Shown piece after piece: positions 1 to 12,440 of a stretch of DNA of 64,000 nt. Made by a program: the position numbers and the translations under genes. Within the stretch, counting starts at the first letter, position 1. Each line of letters begins with the position of its first letter. The stretch is from contig BROI01000006.1 in NCBI GenBank assembly GCA_027923505.1, forward strand, positions 1 to 64,000, in the 5' to 3' direction. The notes beneath the pieces are model-generated. The model had not been told where the DNA came from. It saw only the letters and a list, made by a program, of their open reading frames with translations, and searched no databases. This stretch comes from Mayamaea pseudoterrestris (Eukaryota).

Positions 1-1500
1 TAATGATCGAATGATTATTGTAAAAATTCTATGAATATAATGGATGGGACCTGGAGTCGTCGACTTTAATGCACAGCCTCGCTCTGTCACCTGCTACGTT
101 CACCTTCAGAAAGCAAGAGAAAAGATCAAGTCAGCGCTGCTACTGATTATGTCAGCATGCAAAATTATGATCATGCTACATTTATAAATACGAGCGATGA
201 GCTCTTTGTCGCAATCAATGCAGCAGAACAAGTAGATGACACCGACATTCTCGCGTTTTTCCGGCGTGAAATCAATCGGCTCATTTCCTTTCGTCTTCCG
301 TGAGTCTCTTTACTACCTACCAAGACTCCTAGAGAAGGGAAGGTCTTATGCCATGAGTCGAATTTGCTGCCCTTGGGTCCGGATGGCTGATGCAGCCTCT
401 CCCACCGCACGCTCATGTCGCAGCGACATGCATTGAGATGCCAAACGAGCGCAAGGAGTTGCGGCAAAATCGTTTGGCACGGACAGACGCTCATTATGTT
501 AGCCATCGTTTCGCACAAAGAGAAGGCGACTCTACGAGCGCTGGCGGCGCGATATCAACTAGAGTACTTTTACAATGACGAGACATAGTCAATGACAAGT
601 ATCAATACATACATAATGATGTTATAAGCGCCTGATCATTGCTTGAAAATAACCAGTCTCATGGGGGGGAGCGCTTTGTTGCACTTGCTCCAACTTTCCC
701 GCACGACTTTCATCTCGTTGTTATGGGAGACCGGCGCAAATAATCGCCTTCAAACAATAAAGTCGCCCAATGCCTTTGTCGGCAACGCATTCAACTGACG
801 GCGCTAGGGGAGAAGATGCCCAAGCAAATTCACTTCAGGATTGATATAGCCGATCTTGATCGCCGCTTTTTTGCAAGGGTGTCCAATGGCCGACCATTGC
901 ATAGGCTTGTTCTTACGCTGCGTGTCACATTTGAAGTCGGCGATTGGCCCTACTACCATGTCATGCGAATGTGATAGCTTCGAGCGCCGAGTTCATTTGC
1001 CCAGCCGCCACTGGCGATCGTAGGCTGGTTCTCCTTGAAGAAACATTCATCTGGTACACTTGGCGGCAGAGCGATATAATACAGAACGTGAAGGGAGCTT
1101 GGCTTATCACATCTTTTTACTTCCATTGCTTCCTGCTGTAACGTTACAAAATGCCTTGGTTGGACCAAATAGCGAATTCCAAGGGCGTTTCCGACTAGCA
1201 TTGGCTTACAACTCGTGGCTCTCGCCCATGCTGATCGGTGCAAAGACAATCTATATTCACTTGCTGCCGCGCAATAACCGACATCTCATGTGCAACTAAG
1301 GCACAAGACGTTGTGCCAGAAGGTACCAAGGTTAATGCGTCAAATGGATGACAATAAGGCTTACGGCGCAGCGAGACAAGTGCTGGCCGTGGCCGCAAAC
1401 TTTGCGGCTATAAAGGCTGCAGTTGTTGATTGGTGTTCACGCGACTGATACATCTTGGACGCCTTGCTGTCTCGCACTCTCCATACGTACTTTGCCTGCC

Positions 1501-1543
1501 TGGTGTATAGCTGAAACGATCATGGTGTATAGCTGAAACGATC
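1501..1543. repeat. Perfect 21-bp direct repeat separated by 1 nt
   Basis: TGGTGTATAGCTGAAACGATC at 1501-1521 and 1523-1543. Confidence 0.9.
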
Positions 1544-2794
1544 GTTATGACAAATCTAGGACCGCCTTTTTTTAATTCCGCAAACGCCAATGCCAGTTTT
1601 CCTATCGCGACGGCGTTTTACAAGCAAGGTAGACGCAGCTTTATAACCAGTAAAAGGTAGCACGGAAGAGAGGCGCATGGGCTATGCTCACCCTTCTCGC
1701 AATCACCATTCTCAATACATGCAACTCATCGAATCTCACTCATCGCTCGATGAAATGTGGGCCCACCAACCACACCTCCCCTTTGCATAAACCACAAGAT
1801 AACTCGGCAATATTCGTTTTTCAAACGGTGTTCCTTTGCTATCGATTTTGACGGACAGATACCGATCGCTGCTGCAAGTTAAGGACTCATGACGAGCCGA
1901 AGTAAGTGACACATCATTCTTCACATTGTAGCAGCAGGACCGCCATTCGCGACCGAGAGGGACATGCCAAAGCATTGAATTCGGAGCAAAGCACTCATTC
2001 CATCCAGTCCAATGTTCAAGTCCTTATGCCCAAAAGCCAGAGGAATCAGCGACATCCATTGCCAAAAGTTTGGTAAAGGATCAAAGGGCGGTATGCACCT
2101 GCAATATGTTTCTCCAGCGTGTTTTGCAACATGACGCAAGTGTTCGTGGACCCGCTGGTGCGTCATTTTCTTTACGACGATGAATGCGACGACCAAGTGG
2201 ATTGTAAAATGGACAATGAGCGCCAGCTGCGATTCCATGCCAACATATACCATAAATCCAGTCGGCTTGACAGCAGCCGATAAAGAATTTCATGTTTCCA
2301 AAGCCATCTTTGTCCGCATTCGTCAGTTGCTGTGAAAGCATCAGGTTAATATTAATGATACATGAGCTGGCAGACATTGCATCCATATGGCAGCAGGTCG
2401 TCGATATTGGACTTCATGCTACGAAAAGGGTTCGACGTGCAAGTCAGACTATCTCATTGTTCGTTGTAGATATATATTGTGACGGGCAAAGACTGGGTGT
2501 ATTTCGTCAAGTAAAGGCGGCACCTGCATAAGGCTCGTCATGCGTCTCCATCAAGGTTTGTTTCATGTTCTTTCCGCAGGTTCAAGCGCGCGCACTTGTA
2601 AGACCAACACTGCTATTACGAGCGCCACCACAGTCAATATTCAACTACAGTTATAACGCTGAAATGAAGCAGGTAAAGAGTTCGATTCAAGTGAGAGGAA
2701 CGTGCAGCTGAAATGATTGGATGGATTTGCTCTCGATGCTTGACTCTCGGCATTTCGTACACTTTGTCGGTTAGTCATTCGAGATCATCATCAA

Positions 2795-3124
2795 GGCAAT
2801 AGTATGAAACGAGTGCCAGTGTCAATTACGTCATTGAGGCAATAGTACGAAACGAATGCCAGTGAAAACTACGTCATTAAGGCAATAGTATGAAACGAGT
2901 GCCAGTGAAAACTACGTCATCAGGCAATAGCACGAAACGAGTGCCAGTGAAAACTACGTCATTAGGCAATAGTACGAAACGAGTGCCAGTGAAAACTACA
3001 TCTCTTGGCAATAGTACGAAACGAGTGCCAGTGTCAATTACGTCATCAAGGCTATATTATGAAACGAGTGCCAGTGTCATTTACGTCATGAAGGCAATAG
3101 TATAAAACGTGTGCCAGTGAAAAT
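2795..3124. repeat. Tandem minisatellite, ~7.7 copies of a 42-43 bp unit
   Basis: Consensus about GGCAATAGTAYGAAACGAGTGCCAGTG(AAAAC/TCAAT)TACGTCATNA; units start at 2795, 2838, 2881, 2923, 2965, 3007, 3050, 3093; no unique spacers. Confidence 0.95.
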
Positions 3125-5555
3125 TCCTGGGCACGAACTTGACTGCGAGGCAGTCCTCGTTGGTTGTGCATCCTCTTTCGCTTCCACAAGCACAATACTG
3201 TACGTACCTGTTATACATTTGCTGACGAATGGCCGTTTGAATAAGCATCATCATTTATTGACGTGATGCCATGATGCTTTCATTTTCACGCGCTCCGCCA
3301 ACTGACGATGTGACGAAACTTCGCTTTCCTCTATCAATGAGTCTGTCGACTCACTGTCAGTTCAACCGCTAGATAGGTATAATACACATTGAGGAGAACA
3401 TACAACGAATCTGCATATCTTTCCGACCGAAACATTGAAGCTTCTAATCATTGCACTGACTGTGATTTGGTTTGTTGATTGTCCAATGAACGAGGTATCT
3501 CGCATCGCACAGCAATCAATCAGCGACTGCGACTCTCTACACTGGTCCTGCTTGCGGCTCCGGTAGTCGACTGAAAGCATACATTGTCGAACCCATCCAA
3601 CAAAAGAAGAGCAGCAGCATGACTAATGGATTTCGTCGAAGCAGGCGCCAACGACTGACTGGTTATGTCAGCAGCAGCAGCTCCGTCTTCATTTTTGATA
3701 CCATCTACCTCGGACAAAGGATGGGTGCGAATCATCCTTTACATCATTCGAAATATTGATACAATTGTCTTGCAGTAACGCGACTGATAAAGAAGTTACC
3801 CGGCAAGGCCATCAACATCGCAAAAAGAGGGATGCGTTTCGCTTGCTGTTTCGTCGTCCCTTTTTGCCCACTGCGTTCCAGGAGTACAAGCACATTAACA
3901 CTCTTTTGGCATGAATCATCGTCGATTGCATGAACACTGGAACGGCGACACACCAGTGAACCATTTCTTGTTCATTTTCTATCGATTCATTGAGTTTTTT
4001 GGTAATAACAGTCCACTGCATGTCGACAACAATTGTCAGTCGCAGTTTAGGCAAACGACTTGGACTTCAAGCAAACAAGCTCTTCTGCTGCGAAGAAAAT
4101 TATTCGTCGATGCTACTGTTGCTACCATCCCGCCAACCTTGCGGCCAGGAGCAACGATGCACGATGCCGAATTGCGAAAATGGACACGTCAACAAGACGA
4201 GCTCTACTCGAATCTGATGTTGAACATTGAATTGCGAGCAAAGCAACATAGCAATCAACGTCTGTCCATCAGCTTCACCTTTTCGCAACAACGCTGGAAC
4301 AGCAAAAGCTGTAACTCGTTTGCGTTATGAACGTTCGTTTGGAATTTGTCTGATGCGAGTAAGCGGCAGGCTTTAGTTGCTGATTCGAATTCAGTGCGCC
4401 CAATACGACACAGCAATCAAGGTTGGCAAACTCGTGCGATGTTAAAGGCTGCCGCATTGGCATTGGCAATGACCCAGCGTGTAGAGTTGAATGGCAGCTT
4501 GGCCTATCAGGGGGCGGCTGCAATGCATGGGCAGTCATGTTGTACTGTTCGCAAGAGACAGCGGTTGGGAAGCTACCGCACTTGTTGCCTGCACAGACCT
4601 GCCGTAGCTAACAGCCTTGTGCGATGTTAAATTCACGATGCTCTTTGCACTGTTGAAGCCGCTCCGCTCCGCTAGCCCAGTCCGTTTGTTCCTATAAAAG
4701 ATTTTTCCTGCAGGATTTCAAGTTGGGCGCTCGGCTATGTTGCAAAAGGATTAGCCGCTTCTGCGTCGGCCCAACAGATCCATCCAATTCCTTCCGCGGC
4801 ATCTTTAAGGACATGTTTGGAGGTTTCATTGGCTTGGTCTTGCCTGCTGACGGGTCTCGTGGTGCGCTCCATGATTACGTGGCTGGATGTTGCACGGACG
4901 CTTCGACCAACGCGGACGTTCTACTTTTGTTAATCATGTACTGCCTCGACCGCATCATCAGCAGGCGCTAGTTAGTATATTGCCTTGGTGGTCCGCTATT
5001 GATTTGGATTTGTCGGCTCGCTTTTCAGGCGCATTTCATGGTAATGTTAATGATTCAGTCGGTCGAATGTGTGGCACCCATCGTCAATTCTTCGCCGTCA
5101 AGCATGCTTTCATAGATTCAGTGCCGCCAACATTGGCGCAATATGCTACCGCCTCTTTGAGCACCAAATGCGCGACGACGAATCGGCAAGCTACCGACTG
5201 AATGAGACTATGTCGCATACTCGTAATTACACTACGTGTATGAAAGCATACCGACTGACTGTGAATCCGACTACGTAGCATACGAAGACGGCGTAATTTA
5301 AAAATAGTTCTGTAACGTAAGCTAGTTGTTGCTGCGGATTGAATATTCGAGCATGATCAATGTTTTTTTGTTTCTCTGTTTATTGTTTCTGTTTGGACTC
5401 GTTGCGAAAACAACAAGCAACGAAACCGAGTCAATTCATTCTTGTTCTTTGATTCATAATTATGTTTATTAATGTGGCAAGCTTGCGAAGGAGCGAATGC
5501 AGCATTATGTAAAGCCATCAAAACATGCAATCACTTGTAGTTCCAGCGCAAATTT

Positions 5556-6203
5556 CTACTTGCGCGGCTGCTGAATGCGCACCTCACGAGGCCCGTAGTG
5601 ATACATTCCCTTGCTTTGACGACCCATGCCTCCAGAGCGGTCCGGTCGACGAGGATCCATGTCATGCATAACCTTGTTGGAGAAATTGTGATGCGAGTGC
5701 GTCTGAATGGCTTGCGTTGGAATGCGAGGCGGCGAGTGTGGCATCATCATGGCCTTGGACGTTCCATCCCTGTTCATCAACGCACTGCTACTCGCTTGCT
5801 TCGGCTTTTGTCCAACGCCCAGTCCTTGTTGACGACGACTCTCCCAGCGCTTGCCGACGTGGCTGTACCTCTCTCGCGCCTCCTCGTCTCGCTCTTCCAT
5901 CAAATCCAGCAAGGCCTGCATTTCGTTGTAAGCATCAACGTCTTCGAGCTCAGCCGCGTCCCTTGCATCGGGCGGAAATCCTTCATCCAGCGCATCGTCT
6001 TGGATCCCATGGAGAATGTTGTTCACATCAGCTTCGCTAGTTGCCATCATGCAAGGCTTGCCTTCATTGTAAATGGCAAACTCGTAGGACGAGGATGGCA
6101 GTGGAGAGGACATGATGCCACTTCCACTTGTACTACCGGTAGGGTAAAAGGGAGCAGCGTCAAAGCGGAGTGAACGTTCCTGCGAATGCGAAAGGTCCTT
6201 CAT
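5556..6203 (-). CDS. Hypothetical protein with N-terminal PAM2-like motif
   Basis: 215-aa ORF with protein-like composition; SLRFDAAPFYP fits LxxxAxxFxP; acidic helical core; start uncertain. Confidence 0.6.
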   Translation of the reverse strand: MKDLSHSQERSLRFDAAPFYPTGSTSGSGIMSSPLPSSSYEFAIYNEGKPCMMATSEADVNNILHGIQDDALDEGFPPDARDAAELEDVDAYNEMQALLDLMEERDEEARERYSHVGKRWESRRQQGLGVGQKPKQASSSALMNRDGTSKAMMMPHSPPRIPTQAIQTHSHHNFSNKVMHDMDPRRPDRSGGMGRQSKGMYHYGPREVRIQQPRK

Positions 6204-6726
6204 CGTGTCGTGCAGTGTACCGGTACCAGTGGATTGTGATGATAATAGAGGATCTTGATCCTTGCGGAGAGAAGGCTGATGCCACGCCGTGACACGAGGT
6301 GCGATCCAAAGAAGGATCCCATCAAAGACTGTTCGCTTTGACTCGACCTGGCTGTCACTTGGCGTTCGTCATTCAAAATGGATACGAGAGTATGGCTTTC
6401 AGTGTACTCTTACTTGAAGTTTCTTGCAAATGACGTTTCAAAACTTAACCCTGACGCAACACTTGACCAAAGTGTAGTCCATTCATCATCATGAAAACTC
6501 GAACCCTAGTTTTCCATTCTGGTCATTTTCCGTGACCCTTGCGAGGATTGCGCCTTCCGTCGGTCGGCCCTCGACCATGAAGATGCATCGTCCAACAGCA
6601 TTGACACTGTATCCTACCGTAGCTAGTAGTTGAAGCTTTCCAAGCGCAAAAAGAAAACCAAAGCAAAGACGAGAAAATTGGAAGTGAGTGTCAGCCTACA
6701 CATCGTTATCATTCCATAATTCCATC

Positions 6727-7900
6727 ATGATGACGGAACAATCCTATATTGCCTCCGTTGTGGCCACCTACTGGTTCGTGTCGATTAGCATGGTCTACTT
6801 GAACAAGGCATTAATGAGTAGTGACGAAATATCTCTACCAGCTCCACTCTTTGTCACGTGGTTTCAGTGCGTTGTCACGGCATGGATTTGCTGGTTGGCC
6901 GGACGGTTTGCTCAAAGCATGAAGGCGCGAGAGTACGACGCACTGGCCAAGTCGGGCGATGAAAGCGAATCGAATCGAAAACCATCCTTTTGGGCGCAAT
7001 TTCCAAAGGCAGAGTATCGCGTCGGCACTGGACGTAAAGTCTTTCCGCTCAGTTTGATCTTTGTCGGAATGATTACCTTCAACAACCTTTGCCTCAAATG
7101 GGTCGAAGTCTCATTCTACAATGTCGCAAGATCCTTGACGATTGTCTTCAATGTCATTTTCACGCAAGCTCTTTTGGGAACCAGAACATCATTTAGCGTC
7201 ATGATGTGTCTTATGATTGTCATTTTGGGTTTCTTCATGGGAAGCAAGGGCGAGCTCAACTTTTCGCTTTGGGGAACCATTTCGGGAGTGCTTTCGTCCC
7301 TCTTTGTTTCGCTCAATTCAATCTACACGAAAAAGGTTTTGCCAGTTGTCGAGAACGATCACTGGAAGCTGACTTACTACAATAACATCAATGCCTGCAT
7401 TCTGTTCATTCCGCTCATGCTCATTTTCGAGCACGATGCAATCTTGGCTGGCTTTACCAAGCAGTTTATGAGTCCAATCTTTTGGTCGGCCATGGCAGTC
7501 GCTGGAGTGTTTGGTTTCTCCATTGGTATGTACTGTATATAGTAGGAATGGCCGATTTAAAGGGAATGAATGAACTTCGCATTCCGCTCGTCTCACACCG
7601 CCGTTCGTCAAATCCATTTACAACTTTTCAGGAATCGTCACGGTGCTACAAATCAAGGCGACGAGTCCACTGACGCATAACATTAGTGGAACAGCCAAGG
7701 CTGGCGTTCAGTCCATCATGGCCTTTTACATTTGGAAGAATCAGCCAACCTTTTTGGGTGTTGTCAGTATATTTGTCGTGCTGGGAGGGTCGCTGGCGTA
7801 CACACTAGTAAAAATGGCGGAAGGCAAGTCTGCGGCGCAAGCTTTACACAAGAGCGACTCTCACGATTTGGAAGCGGGAGAAAACAAGTCGTCCAAGTAG
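6727..7900 (+). CDS. SLC35C1: GDP-fucose transporter (SLC35C1-like), 2 exons: 6727-7525, 7632-7900
   Basis: YWFVSISMVYLNK, APLFVTWFQC, MITFNNLCLKWVEVSFYNVARSLT; removing the GT-AG intron gives SIGIVTVLQIKATSPLTHNISGTAK; multiple TM segments. Confidence 0.9.
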
Positions 7901-8791
7901 GTGCTATACAGTACAGTATCGTAGATTGAAACGCGTCGAGGCAGCGCAACAACTTGGGTTGGGGCCGATGATTTGAGCTTCGGCTTTAACCTATAAACTG
8001 GTCCATCAACCTATAGGTATTGGTCTATAATATTACATTGTTTTCAGTATTTGGCATGTATACAAAACGCAGCTTGTCACCGCAGGCTGTTCTGATGGTA
8101 GTGCAGCAGTAGCTAATAAACGACAAGCTCAATATGTCTTACCACCACCGTAAAAAGGTCATGAGCCACGAAGAATGACCGACGCGGCCGACCATGGCGA
8201 TGATCGCATGACCGCACAAAACAATTAATTGTTGTTGCGTAGCATTGTACGTTAATCAAGGTAGGAGTGCTCGTTACTTTTGATATGCAAGAGAGAGAAA
8301 GATAGATGGCCTGGACGCGGGAAATAGTTGCGTGAGGTTTGACGCGAGGCGAGGCAAAGCAATGTCGACTCAAACATGAAACTTGGAGCATTTCGCTTTG
8401 ACGAAGTACCATTCGATTCAAAGCATTGAGTTTCGAATAGCGAGAAAGCTTCCAATCCTGATCATTAAAATGCCTGCTGTGTCGCTCTGTCGAAGACAAG
8501 TCTTCTCTGGGGCACGTTTGACAGTATGATGGAATCATGGCGATGAATGAGTCGAGAGGCGACGAATGACAAAATGCGAGTGAAAGGTTGCAATCCGCGC
8601 TACTCTAATTAGGAGAGCAAAAGTTTGACGCTTTCGTTTGCTTGCAACTCGTCACTTGTGTTGCGACTTTTAACGTCACTGGTCGCTTCCACGTGCGCAT
8701 CAATGACAATGTTTTCTCACACGCACTTCCATCCTTCTCCGCCTCCTCCTCCCTTTTAACATTTAGACGAAGCAGAACATAAACAATCACA

Positions 8792-9144
8792 ATGGCTGAC
8801 AAGGAAGGATTCAACGAGGTATTGATCGAGCCGCTGCGACAATTCGCCAAGGATTCAGTCCATCTTGTCAAGAAATGCACCAAGCCGGATCGCAAGGAGT
8901 TTTCAGCCATCGCGCGAGCCACTGTAAGTTAAACACGGGAGAGCAAATGAGGAGACTGGTTTATGGTGGTGAGGAGCATTCCCTATGTTCTGCAAACATT
9001 CGCTATCTCTTCTGAACCTAATGTCGCGTTTGCTCCATTACATCGCGCAAATCACAGGGAGTCGGCTTTTTGATCATGGGATTTATTGGCTTTTTCGTCA
9101 AGCTCATTCACATTCCTATCAATAATATTCTTGTTGGTAACTAA
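8792..9144 (+). CDS. SEC61G: Sec61 gamma subunit, 2 exons: 8792-8923, 9058-9144 (absent from ORF track)
   Basis: Manual translation [78 protein letters not shown]...CAG phase-0 intron. Confidence 0.95.
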
Positions 9145-9417
9145 TTAAGTTGGATGTTAATTAATTACGTCGGTTATTTTGTTACTCTTGGAGTGTTTTG
9201 ACGCGGCGTGTTGTACCGTCCCTTGAGCACTTGTGCTTCGCGGCCTTTCGGACAGAATGTACCCTAGAAAGCGCATATGCTTCGCCTACAACTACTTGTA
9301 TTGTCTAGGCAGCCTAATCTTTCAAGTGAATTGCGTTTGCATAGCATAACACGGACAGTTTGCAGACGTGCATGGTGCCTTGTATGCAGCATATAGTACA
9401 CTAGCAGACGGAAAAGT

Positions 9418-9481
9418 AGCAGCGTGTTTAGAGGTGAGATAGCCGGTTATCCTTGGTTCGATTCCGAGGTGCGCTACTTTT
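9418..9481 (+). pseudogene. tRNA-like sequence without anticodon stem-loop (resembles tRNA-Gly)
   Basis: A-box-like TGTTTAGAGGTGAG; B-box GGTTCGATTCC at 9455-9465 within T-stem CTTGG/CCGAG; acceptor-like end GCGCTA followed by TTTT; only AGCCGGTT remains where the anticodon arm belongs. Confidence 0.55.
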
Positions 9482-9504
9482 AACGGCATAGTGATACTAC
9501 TTTC

Positions 9505-12440
9505 TGTTGCATACCTGCTATGGTAGCGTCCCTATCGAGAGATCTGGACTGAGGCTGCTGGTTCGAGTTGCGATCGAATCAAGCGAAGAAGAAGCAAGGA
9601 ACCGGACTATAATGCTCTTCGGCCGTACCTCGGATGGGTCCCGACTGAGCGCGTTCAACAGACTTTACGTCACACGGAAGCATGGTATCATCTCAGCGCA
9701 CACCCGCGATTACCATTTCGACACCTCACGAAATCACGATTTCCGGCCGCGAACGTTCAGCGGTTGCGCGAACTATTCGCCACGGACACGATACACTCTG
9801 ACACGCCAGCTTTGGATGATGGAATTCTAGGGCATGGGGGAGCTACTAAGATGCAGCTCTTTGTTGGACGAGAAAGTTTTTACACGCGCGGCTACCCGAT
9901 GAAGTCGGAGAGCGAAATGTCAAACGCGTTAGAGGATTTTATCCGCGAAGTGGGCGCTCCTAACGGACTGCTCAGCGACAATGCCAAGTCGGAGACTGGC
10001 AAGGCTGTGAGGGATCTCTGTCGGATGTACAATATTCCTCAAGTGACCACAGAACCGGGTCATCCAGAACAAAATCCATGCGAACGTCACACCCCATTAA
10101 GCCAATGATGGAGAACCTCCAACGAGATTCGGGTTCGCCAGGCCATTGCTGGGTTTTGCTGATTAAATTCGTAATCATGATACTGAACGTCCTCGCGACG
10201 AAATCGCTGGGATGGCGCACGCCAACGGAAGTTGCGTTCGGAAATCTGCCGGATATTTCGCCTTTGTTACATTTCAAGTGGTGGGAACCGGTCACGTTTG
10301 AGGCGCAGGGGAGCTTTCCCTCGGCGGTACGATCTGGCAACGGCCGATTCGTGGGCATCGCAGAGAATAGCGGTCCGCACATGACTTTTCTCGTTCTGAC
10401 GGACGACACGCTTCAGGCGATTCCGCGCTCCAACGTGGTCTCGCGCAGCTACTTGTTACCACGAGAGTTGCCTTCCTTCCCTGAGTCTGGAGGGGAGATT
10501 TCTGAAGAAGCTACACGCGCAAGCGAGCGAAATTTTGAAACTCCAGATCTCGCGACAGGACGCTACCATAGCACGCATGTGACAGAAAGTAGTCACGACA
10601 ACTACGGCGGAAACGACGACGAACACTTCCGATGGCGAACCACGCCAACGTACCAGCGAAGTTCTTCAGAAGGGCTGAGCAAGAATCAGGGAATAAATGC
10701 CCTCTGTTCTCTCCAAGCGAACTCATCGGACGACGTTCGTAAGGGAACACGAAACGGTCAGAAAATGCGAGCGACTGTATGCGAATATATCGAAGTACGC
10801 GATAACGAGCTACTCGAAACGACGAAAGGTTTCCTAATCCAAATGGGAGAGGAGCCAGCGAAAGACTTAATAAGTTACAACGAACTGTCGGATTTAATCG
10901 AACGACAGATGGACGAAGATATACGAAACGATCCGGCGACTCAGTGGGTATTCACGAAGGAATCGGACACGAGCTTAATTTGAAACCGAACGATCCGACA
11001 TACAAAGGAAGTTCAAGTAACGTTCTCGCCGAATGGACTGACGGAACGACGACGTGGGAGCCTCTCGCGATCATGAAGAAGGACGATCCGATAACGATCG
11101 CAGAGTATGGACTCCAAGCACGGCTTACTCGACAAGCCAGGATGGAAGCAGCTGGAGCATTACACTGGAAGCGAAAGAAGTTTCGACAGATGGTAACAGC
11201 GGCGAAACGAAAATCGAAAGCAAACGGCGTACGCTACAAATTCGGCGTAAGGTTGCCGCGCAATTATAAAGATGCGAAAGCTCTCGACGAGATCAACGGC
11301 AACACGCTGTGGACGGATGCGATTCGAACGGAATTAAATCAGATAAATGATTACGACACGCTCGCAGATCGGAGTCGGTAAGGTTATGCCGGGCGCCGTG
11401 GAAACGAATAAACGTGCACACGATCGATATCGAGCCACGACGTGCGACGGAAAGCACGACTCGTTGCAGGAGGACATATGACAGAGCCGCCGAAGGATTC
11501 AGTTTACTCGGGCGTTGTGTCATTGCGAAGTCTACGAATGGTAGCGATGTTAGCGGAACTCAACGGTCTGGAACTGTGGGCAGCTGACGTCGGCAACGCA
11601 TACTTGGAAGCGAAACGAAAGAGAAGGTTTATATCGTGGCAGGTCCGGAGTTCGGGGAGCTCGAGGGTCACACGCTCACGATCGTGAAGGCATTATACGG
11701 TCTTCGCACGTCAGGCGCACGCTGGCACGAGCACTTTGCAGACACGCTCCGCGACATTGGCTTCATGCCGTGTATCGCAGAACCGGACGTGTGGATGCGC
11801 GATAAAGGCACGCACTACGAATACGTTTGTGTGTATGTCGACGATTTAGCGATAGCGATGAAGAATCCGAAGGAACTAACGGATCTTTTAATTGAGAACT
11901 ACAACTACAAGTTGAAGGGCGTCGGTCCATTGGCATATCATTTGGGCGCAGACGTTTGGCGAGACGACGACGGCGTACTCTGCTTCGGAGCGAAGAAGTA
12001 CGTCACAAGACTACTAGCGAACTACAAAGAAATGTTCGGCGAGGAACCGCGACCGCAGACAAGTCCACTACGCGACGGCGATCATCCGGAACTCGACGAA
12101 ACGAAAGAACTTGACGACGACGGAATTGCGAAGTATCAATCGATAATTGGTGCGTTGCAATGGGCAGTAAGTTTATGTCGATTCGACATTCACTGTGCTG
12201 TCATGACTATGGGGAGATTCCGAGCTGCGCCACGAGCGGGGCACTTGGAACGGTTGAAGCATATTTGCGGATACTTACGAAGATACCCGGATGGAGCGAT
12301 TCGATTCAACGTTTCGATTCCAACGGACGAGCGATACGCGACAGTTGACAAGATGGATTGGGTACTTACTTGATTGCATTACCGGTTATTGGTGATCTAT
12401 AAAGAGAGTAGGTAAATGCTGTTGCTGTGCTTCGTTGCAA
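9505..12440 (+). mobile_element. Decayed Ty1/Copia LTR retrotransposon fragment, CoDi-like (integrase, chromodomain-like segment, RT); gag/protease and RNase H not seen
   Basis: Integrase ATDT...GAPNGLLSDNAKSE...TEPGHPEQNPCER (~9764-10100); VLAEWTDGTTTWEPL (~11020-11070); RT KARLVAGGH, AADVGNAYL, KALYGLRTSGARW, VYVDDL; INT precedes RT as in Copia; many frameshifts; ends approximate. Confidence 0.9.

Noticed and set aside
2910..2945. Hammerhead ribozyme in the repeat
   Set aside because: CTGATGA occurs on the minus strand in one unit while GAAAC is on the plus strand; the core needs both on the same strand
2890..3105. 71-aa repetitive ORF (STKRVPVKTTSLGN)n
   Set aside because: By-product of the 42-bp units; the flanking 43-bp units break the frame
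2795..3124. CRISPR array
   Set aside because: Units are contiguous near-identical repeats with no unique spacers, no cas genes are present, and the context is eukaryotic
8113..8538. 141-aa ORF divergent from SEC61G
   Set aside because: No recognisable motif, and I could not build a consistent spliced model
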